IMG/VR virus record: IMGVR_UViG_2806310948_000001
Coordinates: 8,187-72,186 of that record
Length of the DNA stretch: 64,000 nucleotides
Source: a virus
Lineage: Duplodnaviria > Caudoviricetes
Direction: 5' to 3' (one strand)
The position numbers were made by a program, and so were the translations under genes. Below, piece by piece: positions 57,211 through 64,000 of this stretch. Every line of letters begins with the position of its first letter. Within the stretch, counting starts at the first letter, position 1. The notes beneath the pieces are model-generated. The model saw only the letters and a list, made by a program, of their open reading frames with translations, was not told the origin of the DNA and did not search any database.

Positions 57211-58581
57211 ATGGATAAGCAAAATATAACTGTATTGAGAAAAATACTGTACGCAGTGGAATCTGGGAATCAGATTTACGGAGAACAGGATTACGCAGCC
57301 TTTGCCGAAGTTGGAGCAAATTGTAGTAATGAGAAAGCAATCACCATTGGGGCCGGGCAGTGGTACGCAGACGAAGCGAAAGAATTGTTGTACAGAATCC
57401 AGAGAGGCAATCCGAAGTTGTTCAAGGACATGGACACAGAGAATCTTGAAGCTGATCTTCTCAAAAAGAGCTGGGCTACATATGCGGTAAGTAAGGATTC
57501 TGCAAAAGGCAGATTGATTATCAGCATCATTAGTATGGAACTTGGCAAGAAATGCCAGGATCAGTATATGGAAGACCAGATTGCGGCATACGCAAAAAGT
57601 ATCGAAAAAACATACGGATCCATGCCGGATACCGCAATGATGGAATGTATCAATATCCTACATCAGGGTGGCTTTGATGCATTGAAAAGAATCTTGTCTA
57701 AAACTCCGGAACCATATACTGCAGACAAGATTTATGCAACACTGTGTCGGGATCCGGCAGACCCGACGCCGAATCAGGTAGGGGATTACACAGACAGGCA
57801 GAAAACTGTCATAAACATGATTCATACATATGCTGATAACACAGAGAAAGAAGGTATTGCAATGACTAAGACAGAAAAAGCAATAAGACAGATGGAGACA
57901 TGGGCGAAAGATGATTCTCATGGCTACGATCAGGACTACCGCTGGGGAGAAAAGGGAGATTACGACTGTTCCTCGGCTGTGATCCAGGCATGGCAGAACG
58001 CCGGAGTTCCGGTTAAGTCTGGTGGCGCTACATACACAGGAGATATGAAGAACGTATTCTTGAAAAATGGATTTGTAGATGTAACGAGCAAAGTTAACGT
58101 AGCAACCGGATCTGGTTTGCTCAGAGGAGATGTGCTGCTGAATGAAGCACATCATGTAGCCATGTATTGTGGAAATGGCAAAGAGGTAGAAGCCTCAATT
58201 AACGAGAAAGGTACCGCTCATGGAGGTAAACCGGGAGATCAGACTGGCAAGGAGTTTTTGATCCGGAGCTATCGGAATTATCCTTGGAATTGTGTGCTCA
58301 GGTATAGAGGGAATATTTTCTCTGCTTCTGACACAGAGAAGAAACAGAACACAGTGGCCTATGTAGCCAGATTCACAAAGGATTGCAAGTGCTATAGTGC
58401 AGCTGGCAAAACTCAAGCTAAAATGTTCCCAGTGATTAAAAAGAATGCGGTTGTAGATGTGATGAAATACACCGAAACCGTAAAGGGAAAAAGATGGTAC
58501 TTCATCCGGATTCCGTATCCAAATGACGAAGGATTCGTAAGGGAGTTCGTCCCAGCTGGATACTTCAAGAAGTTGATTTAA
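57211..58581 (+). CDS. Endolysin: N-terminal putative glycosidase-like domain, NlpC/P60-type amidohydrolase, SH3-like C-terminus
   Basis: HGYDQ...DYDCSSAV (catalytic Cys), HHVAMY; C-terminal RWYFIRI. Confidence 0.85.
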   Translation: MDKQNITVLRKILYAVESGNQIYGEQDYAAFAEVGANCSNEKAITIGAGQWYADEAKELLYRIQRGNPKLFKDMDTENLEADLLKKSWATYAVSKDSAKGRLIISIISMELGKKCQDQYMEDQIAAYAKSIEKTYGSMPDTAMMECINILHQGGFDALKRILSKTPEPYTADKIYATLCRDPADPTPNQVGDYTDRQKTVINMIHTYADNTEKEGIAMTKTEKAIRQMETWAKDDSHGYDQDYRWGEKGDYDCSSAVIQAWQNAGVPVKSGGATYTGDMKNVFLKNGFVDVTSKVNVATGSGLLRGDVLLNEAHHVAMYCGNGKEVEASINEKGTAHGGKPGDQTGKEFLIRSYRNYPWNCVLRYRGNIFSASDTEKKQNTVAYVARFTKDCKCYSAAGKTQAKMFPVIKKNAVVDVMKYTETVKGKRWYFIRIPYPNDEGFVREFVPAGYFKKLI

Positions 58582-58622
58582 CAGACGGTGCCTTCTAAAA
58601 TCACATTAAAATATATCACATC

Positions 58623-58654
58623 AAAAGGAACTCTATAAAGACGGAGTTCCTTTT
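58623..58654. terminator. Bidirectional terminator between endolysin and convergent moron operon
   Basis: AAAAGGAACTC-N10-GAGTTCCTTTT. Confidence 0.8.
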
Positions 58655-58683
58655 GAATAAACCGCTAATTATATTTTATAATA

Positions 58684-59124
58684 TTATTCCTCCCCTATCT
58701 TTTCTTCGTATTTTTTTATGAGCCATTCCGGGACCGGTTCGTCTCCGTCGTCACCCCTGTATTTGATCGGGTCAATATTGTTTGTGAAACACCACTCCCA
58801 GCTGTTATAATCGTCGCCGTCTTTTGATACGATGTAGAATATATCATATTCGCCATCCACAAATGCTATCGTATCTGTTGCATTCATTGTGTACAGCATG
58901 ATATACATGTTTCTCCTGTATGCGTACGCCATTTCTAGCGGCGAATCTTCACCGCCCAGAAATTCCATGAACATTTCAACGTCGGAAGATTCTTTCGACA
59001 ATTTGTTATAATAATCGTAGACTTTTTCATCCCATCCGTCCGGGAAAAGTTTACGTTCTTTTATTTTCTCGTTATCTTCTTTAGCCATTTTGTAAATGGT
59101 TTCAAGTTTTACTCTCTTAATCAT
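58684..59124 (-). CDS. Acidic hypothetical protein (anti-defence candidate)
   Basis: 146 aa, D/E-rich; AGGAGG RBS; last gene of HTH-containing operon. Confidence 0.65.
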   Translation of the reverse strand: MIKRVKLETIYKMAKEDNEKIKERKLFPDGWDEKVYDYYNKLSKESSDVEMFMEFLGGEDSPLEMAYAYRRNMYIMLYTMNATDTIAFVDGEYDIFYIVSKDGDDYNSWEWCFTNNIDPIKYRGDDGDEPVPEWLIKKYEEKIGEE

Positions 59125-59136
59125 TTTACACGCCTC

Positions 59137-59310
59137 CTATTTCACTTCGCAATCTTCCAAGACAGCTCGCTCTAACAGCTGTCTCACATAATCCGGGCAT
59201 TTACTTTTCCCGGATTCCCAGTTTTCGAGCGTTCTAATCGGTATGTTGTACCTCCTTGAGAATTCTGCTCGGGATACTTTTAGTCGTTCACGCATTTCTG
59301 ATATAGTCAT
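59137..59310 (-). CDS. 57-aa XRE HTH protein (Aca-like); not in ORF track
   Basis: MTISEMRERLKVSRAEFSRRYNIPIRTLENWESGKSKCPDYVRQLLERAVLEDCEVK; AGGAG RBS. Confidence 0.85.
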   Translation of the reverse strand: MTISEMRERLKVSRAEFSRRYNIPIRTLENWESGKSKCPDYVRQLLERAVLEDCEVK

Positions 59311-59318
59311 AAATTCTC

Positions 59319-59585
59319 CTAATATTCGAAATATTCGCCGCTGAATTTATCACGACGATATCTTCGTGCCATAGATTTTACACTGTAATTATAATCCATT
59401 AATTCACCATGTTTATCATAAACTGGTTCTTTGTTGACGGTTTCTCCGTAAAATTCAATGTATTCTCCATCTCCAGAGATAGAGATGTTATCATAAATTC
59501 CGAAATTTCTTTCTGGAGTAAATGTATATTTGGCAAGCATCTCTAAAATTTCTTTTGTTATAGGCTCTAAATGCATATTTTCCAT
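59319..59585 (-). CDS. 88-aa hypothetical protein (anti-defence candidate)
   Basis: AGGAG RBS, ATG at 59585. Confidence 0.65.
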   Translation of the reverse strand: MENMHLEPITKEILEMLAKYTFTPERNFGIYDNISISGDGEYIEFYGETVNKEPVYDKHGELMDYNYSVKSMARRYRRDKFSGEYFEY

Positions 59586-59595
59586 AATCAATCTC

Positions 59596-60018
59596 CTATC
59601 TGTTCTGAAATTTTTCAATGACATCTGTTACTTTTTTGTATCGGTCTGTAATAACATATACGCCATTAATGTTGTCATAGTAGCCAAGAGCATGCTCAGC
59701 TCTCAGTTTAGAATTCCTATATTCTCTCAAAGAGATATAAGTTCTATCCTTACCGCCTTTTACCCAGTCATTACAGTTCCATTTCTGATACCATCCGTTA
59801 CCCTGATCGCCATCGGGGTAAACTGTATCAAGCATTTTCTCGAGCTCTTTCCAAGGGATTTTGTACCCTTTCTGATTATCAAAAACTTCTAATGCATAAT
59901 TCACCATTGTTTTTGCTTCCTCCCATGCTTTCTTAAGACCGGAGGAAATTGTCATTGCAGATTTCTTAACCAGTTCCCATGCCCTTTTCATGATTTTTGA
60001 TAAGTTGTATTTCTTCAT
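59596..60018 (-). CDS. 140-aa hypothetical protein (anti-defence candidate)
   Basis: MKKYNLSKIMKRAWELVK...GLKKAWEEAK; GGAGG RBS; first gene after operator-bearing promoter. Confidence 0.7.
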   Translation of the reverse strand: MKKYNLSKIMKRAWELVKKSAMTISSGLKKAWEEAKTMVNYALEVFDNQKGYKIPWKELEKMLDTVYPDGDQGNGWYQKWNCNDWVKGGKDRTYISLREYRNSKLRAEHALGYYDNINGVYVITDRYKKVTDVIEKFQNR

Positions 60019-60048
60019 TTCTGTTTCCTCCGTTCCTTTGATGATTAT

Positions 60049-60077
60049 ATAATACCACCAATTTGGTGGTATGTCAA
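60049..60077 (-). promoter_or_regulatory. Promoter TTGACA-N17-TATTAT with palindromic operator ATACCACCAA-T-TTGGTGGTAT (60052-60072)
   Basis: Perfect 10-bp inverted repeat across the spacer; TG extended -10. Confidence 0.85.
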
Positions 60078-60162
60078 GAAGAAACGCAATTAAATTAATA
60101 CTAGTGCACGAGTGCTCGACTTTAAATTACTCTTATCTGGGATATAGCCAGTACCGCTTCCT

Positions 60163-60576
60163 CTACTCATTCGCCGCTCCTTTTCCCAATGTTGCCATTA
60201 AGAGATTTGTAGCAAAGCCTTCTATTGCATCGATGTAATCTATATCTTCGTCTTCCCATTCACAATTAGGATACCTTTCTCGGAATCTATCAACTATGTT
60301 TAGTACAGTTTTATACGCTGCTTGATCGGATCCATATTGATCGTCATCTTTGGACCATGGATGGATCTTACCTTCTTGCAGAAGCGTGTCATACATGAAT
60401 GTTACTTCTACAATGTCTGTTCTTCTAACAGATTCTTCCAATAATTGCAGAACATATTCCGGTGGAGTTCGAACTTCGGATTCCCACGATTCAAGCGTTC
60501 TAATCGGTATGTTGTACCTCCTTGAGAACTCCGCTCTGGAGACTCCTATGTAATTTCTCATTTCTGTAATGTTCAT
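60163..60576 (-). CDS. 137-aa protein: N-terminal Aca-like HTH fused to an acidic domain
   Basis: MNITEMRNYIGVSRAEFSRRYNIPIRTLESWES; GGAGG RBS. Confidence 0.8.
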   Translation of the reverse strand: MNITEMRNYIGVSRAEFSRRYNIPIRTLESWESEVRTPPEYVLQLLEESVRRTDIVEVTFMYDTLLQEGKIHPWSKDDDQYGSDQAAYKTVLNIVDRFRERYPNCEWEDEDIDYIDAIEGFATNLLMATLGKGAANE

Positions 60577-60600
60577 AATTGTTACCTCCTTCATAATGAA

Positions 60601-60630
60601 ATAATACCACACAATGCGTGGTATAGTCAA
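60601..60630 (-). promoter_or_regulatory. Promoter TTGACT-N18-TATTAT with operator ATACCAC-N7-GTGGTAT (60604-60624)
   Basis: Same operator half-sites and spacing as at 60052-60072. Confidence 0.8.
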
Positions 60631-60810
60631 TGATAATTCCTTCCATATATTACCGCTATTTTTTCTACATCTGGTGTGATAGGATAAACGAGCTTCACAC
60701 AGTTAAATTTCTGGCGTAAATTCGATAGGATATAGCAGAAAACGATATAATCTAACAAATTCCGTCATGTATTACCATAAAGTGGTAATTTATAACGGAG
60801 GAGCAATGGC

Positions 60811-61071
60811 ATGATTAAAATTTTACTGTCGAAAAAGCTGGGAGAGTTAAGACTTACTCAAGCAGATCTGGCGAGGGCAACTGGAATCAGACCCAATACC
60901 ATCAATGAGTTGTACCACGAGCTCACAGAAAGGGTCAGCCTTGAACACCTTGATTTAATTTGTGAAGCATTAAATTGTGAGCTGGACGAATTGATTATAA
61001 GGGTACCAAACAAGGAAACATCTATAACCCATACACGCCAGGGAACCCAGAAATCTAGCGACACAAAGTAG
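60811..61071 (+). CDS. Cro/C1-type HTH regulator
   Basis: LTQADLARATGIRPNTINELY...LDLICEALNC. Confidence 0.85.
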   Translation: MIKILLSKKLGELRLTQADLARATGIRPNTINELYHELTERVSLEHLDLICEALNCELDELIIRVPNKETSITHTRQGTQKSSDTK

Positions 61072-61132
61072 ATTGCTGCAACAATCTACAACTAAAGAGA
61101 GGGCGAAAACCCTCTCTTTATACTGCAATGTA

Positions 61133-62059
61133 TTAAGCTGCATGGGAAGCTTCTGCATTTTTTCTGAGCTGTTTCATCATGTGTAACCTGCAGGTCTTGA
61201 ATTCATCTCCGTAAAGACCAAGGCGATTTGTTAAAATATTATACATCAGTGTGACTTTTTTCTCTGCAGTGTATCCATTCATTGATCGGAATACTATTTT
61301 GTCTGAGGATTCGATAGACCATGCTGAAAGAGCAAGGACAAACTGGATGTATGCTTTAATTTTTCCAGCATGAAGAGTGCTGTTAAAAAGTCTGAATTCG
61401 ACTGTGCCTTTCTGGAAGAAGCTGTGAAGATTCAGGGCGTGGTATCTTGTTGAATTATAATGACTATGATCAATACCACCATGATACTGATCGTTCGCAC
61501 TGCTGTACCAGATTTCTTCAACTTTTCTTGTATCAAGATCCTTTTCTTTTTTCATTGTATCCAGTAAATCCTTACATACCGGCCTGCACCATCTGTCTTT
61601 TCTGTTTCCCACTGCAAGAGCATCATAGATAATTTCTTGTCTGCTGAAAAAGAAATTTACCAATCTTCTGAGAGAAGTGGCTGTATGGTTTGCACCATCA
61701 ACATGAATATGTATTCCGCAACTGCTATGAGGAACCCCGCCGAGTTCTTTAAATTTACGGATTATTGTCTGAAGTGTTTCAATATCTTCATAATTAAGAG
61801 GTGGTGTTACAAATTCAACTCTATATTCATCCATCAATTCACGTCCCGCTTTTCTAACTGGACAAATACTTGAATCTCTCATTACTTTCCAAATTCTTCT
61901 TTTGCTATCTCGAATCGTATAAGTACGATAGCAAGTGCGATCAGGTCCGGCAGCATGACTTCCGAGGATTTCTGCAACAGCCTCAGCGGCCATGGTTCTT
62001 GTTATTCCTGTAAATTCTACCTCAACTCCAAATTTTTGCTTTTTCAAAAGTTCTGACAT
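61133..62059 (-). CDS. Putative amidoligase (Amidoligase_2 / COOH-NH2 ligase)
   Basis: FGVEVE, WKVMRDSSI, EFVTPPL, SCGIHIHV, RYHALN, GTVEFRLFNSTL. Confidence 0.88.
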   Translation of the reverse strand: MSELLKKQKFGVEVEFTGITRTMAAEAVAEILGSHAAGPDRTCYRTYTIRDSKRRIWKVMRDSSICPVRKAGRELMDEYRVEFVTPPLNYEDIETLQTIIRKFKELGGVPHSSCGIHIHVDGANHTATSLRRLVNFFFSRQEIIYDALAVGNRKDRWCRPVCKDLLDTMKKEKDLDTRKVEEIWYSSANDQYHGGIDHSHYNSTRYHALNLHSFFQKGTVEFRLFNSTLHAGKIKAYIQFVLALSAWSIESSDKIVFRSMNGYTAEKKVTLMYNILTNRLGLYGDEFKTCRLHMMKQLRKNAEASHAA

Positions 62060-62221
62060 AAATTTTTCCTCCTTTTAAGAACTAAACTTCGCACCGTCTA
62101 TACGAAAATTTGTTCTGCTTTCTATGGTTGTATATTACCATATGTACAGTACATGTCAATAGTTTATTGGAGAAAATTTCTAAAATTATAGAGAAAAAAT
62201 TCAATATAATGAAACAAAAGC

Positions 62222-62250
62222 TTGACATACATTAAACAAGACTATATAAT
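62222..62250 (+). promoter_or_regulatory. Perfect consensus promoter TTGACA-N17-TATAAT
   Basis: TTGACA 62222-62227; TATAAT 62245-62250. Confidence 0.85.
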
Positions 62251-62291
62251 AAAGACAGATAAAAAACAGACAAATCAGAGGAGGAAACACT

Positions 62292-62588
62292 ATGAATAAA
62301 ACAGAATCTGTAGCTGGTAAAGCTACAAGAAGAATGCAACTTAAAAACATGCCTTTCGATCGCTTCGAGGACGGAGTTGGATTCATCCATGCAACCGGAT
62401 GCGATTGTTTCGTGGATGGCGAGTGGGTAACTGAATATGAAGACGGAATCTATGAGGATGCCCCAGGTTGCATCTATGAGGACGAGGAAGATGATGAGCC
62501 TGAGTGGACGGAAGAAGACGAAACTCAGTACGCAGAGACGTTCGAACCGTATCCGGGCTTTGAAAATTTTAAACTGGGAGGAAAATAG
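62292..62588 (+). CDS. Very acidic 98-aa hypothetical protein
   Basis: GAGGAGG RBS; YEDEEDDEPEWTEEDE tract. Confidence 0.7.
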   Translation: MNKTESVAGKATRRMQLKNMPFDRFEDGVGFIHATGCDCFVDGEWVTEYEDGIYEDAPGCIYEDEEDDEPEWTEEDETQYAETFEPYPGFENFKLGGK

Positions 62589-62792
62589 ATGATTTCATAT
62601 ACTCCCCTCTGGCATACCCTTATCAATAAGGGCATGAATAAGGGGGATTTAAAAAATATGACTGGTTTAAGCTTCGGAACCATTGCCAGTATGGGGAAAA
62701 ACGAGCCAGTCAACTTAAAACAGATCGACAGGATCTGCAAAGCTCTTCATTGCAAGATAGAGGATGTTATAGAATATAAAGATGAGAATTAA
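62589..62792 (+). CDS. Small Cro/C1-type HTH protein
   Basis: MISYTPLWHTL...ICKALHCKIEDVIEY. Confidence 0.85.
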   Translation: MISYTPLWHTLINKGMNKGDLKNMTGLSFGTIASMGKNEPVNLKQIDRICKALHCKIEDVIEYKDEN

Positions 62793-62870
62793 GATCGCAT
62801 GAGCGCAATCTTGTGATAAAGTGAACTACATGGCGTTTGTATGGTGGATATTCGTCGCACACGTATCTAA

Positions 62871-63503
62871 CCCTATACTATGAACTGCTGTGCTGCCAAA
62901 GAAAACCTCAGGGATTTTGCCAGGGAAATCATGGCAGATGATCTGAGACGTCTGGAAATGACACCGGGAAATTATTACAATTTTCATCCGGGCAGTCATG
63001 TAGGACAGGGTGCAGAAGTAGGAATCAGTAAAATTGCAGAAATTCTCAATGAAGTGCTGACAAAAGATCAGAGTACGATTGTACTTCTGGAAACTATGTC
63101 AGGAAAGGGCACAGAAGTAGGAAGAAATTTCGAAGAACTTCGTCAGATCATTGACAGGGTGGAGTTAAAAGATAAATTAGGTGTTTGCCTGGATACCTGT
63201 CATGTCTGGGATGGTGGATATGATATTGTAAACGATCTTGACAGCGTATTTGAAGAATTTGACCGGATAATAGGTCTGGACAGACTAAAAGCCATCCATT
63301 TAAATGACAGCATGAATCCCCTTGGCAGCCATAAGGACCGCCATGCCAGAATCGGAGAAGGTGAAATAGGACTGGAGGCACTTGTCCGCGTGATCAATCA
63401 TCCTGCCACAGAGGGAATTCCGTTTATTCTGGAGACACCAAATGATGATGAGGGATGGACTCATGAAATTGCGTTGCTCAGAAATGAGTATAAACAGAAA
63501 TGA
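62871..63503 (+). pseudogene. nfo: 3' portion of host endonuclease IV, 5'-truncated at the probable attR
   Basis: PYTMN then HPGSH, LLETM, CLDTCH, HLNDS, KDRH, ILETP; in-frame TAA at 62868-62870; no RBS before ATG 62880. Confidence 0.85.
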
Positions 63504-63601
63504 GTATAAATATATCTGCTCGAATCAGGAAGATAAATTGGGGCGTGCTGACAAGTTGTAAGTGCAAATCGAAAGAGCAGGAGTGAAATCAAAAGGAAGG
63601 A

Positions 63602-64000
63602 ATGCAGGAAAGATCAGAGATGCAGCAAAGACAAGGATATCAGGCAGTAGAGAAGCTGAGAGAAACACTGGACGAGAAGTATCTGTGGGAGGTTATTTTA
63701 CTCTATGCAGGTGAGAGTTTCAAAACCTATACAGGGCTTCCGTTCACTTATGAAGTAAGAAAGGGTCGGAATGGAGACTACACAAGGGAATTGTGGATCG
63801 ACCGTAGGGAGAACAGTAAGAGTCTGGCGTTAAGTTCAGTGCTGCTGGCATTGAGAAACATAAAGAAGGTGGGAGCCGTGGTTGACAGACCCAAAGCTCT
63901 GGGCGACATCCGCGGAGTGAGTTATATATATGGAATATTCTACCGCTTTGGGCTGATCGATGTGCCGGATACAGCCAGGCAGAAGATGAAGTTCACATGA
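63602..64000 (+). CDS. Host hypothetical protein
   Basis: AAGGAAGG RBS; ends with TGA at 64000. Confidence 0.6.
   Translation: MQERSEMQQRQGYQAVEKLRETLDEKYLWEVILLYAGESFKTYTGLPFTYEVRKGRNGDYTRELWIDRRENSKSLALSSVLLALRNIKKVGAVVDRPKALGDIRGVSYIYGIFYRFGLIDVPDTARQKMKFT

Larger units (their letters stand above)
1..62870 (+). mobile_element. Integrated temperate prophage with contractile (PBSX/Mu-like) tail; left end with integrase/repressor lies outside the window
   Basis: Continuous co-oriented replication, terminase, portal, capsid, sheath, tape measure, baseplate, fibre, holin and endolysin genes; host-type nfo fragment begins at about 62871. Confidence 0.97.

Noticed and set aside
111-58416. Numerous minus-strand and nested ORFs of 60-250 aa in the ORF track
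   Set aside because: Antisense or alternate-frame shadows of well-supported plus-strand genes, without RBS or recognisable motifs
1-64000. Integrase, repressor, tRNA or rRNA genes
   Set aside because: None recognisable; the integration/immunity module presumably lies left of position 1

Overview
Almost the whole window (1 to about 62,870) is one integrated temperate phage of an AT-rich Firmicute; gene style suggests a Clostridia/Lachnospiraceae-type host. It has a PBSX/Mu-like contractile tail. The order is early regulation, recombination and replication (1-18,951), an accessory operon (19,150-23,642), packaging and head (23,742-32,000), tail and baseplate (32,000-47,621), tail-fibre region (47,633-55,854), lysis (56,133-58,581) and a moron region (58,684-62,792). 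The integrase/immunity end is outside the window. The right junction falls inside a host endonuclease IV (nfo) gene, of which only the 3' part is present. Five features stand out. (1) A radical SAM/SPASM enzyme, a small partner and two Cys-X3-repeat proteins (18 and 64 Cys) sit in the tail-fibre position of the late operon, a candidate system for post-translational cross-linking of virion proteins. (2) A diversity-generating retroelement targets the tail-fibre C-terminus (115-bp TR/VR, 15 differences, all at TR adenines) and has no recognisable avd gene. (3) An acr/aca-like locus has two paralogous HTH genes and a shared ATACCAC-N7-GTGGTAT operator in two promoters. (4) An operon of a sodium:solute symporter, two PP-loop (PAPS-reductase-like) proteins and two ParB-like proteins lies just before the terminase and may encode DNA modification. 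(5) Integration into nfo could act as an excision-controlled switch. All family assignments are from motif recognition and gene order; no database searches were run.
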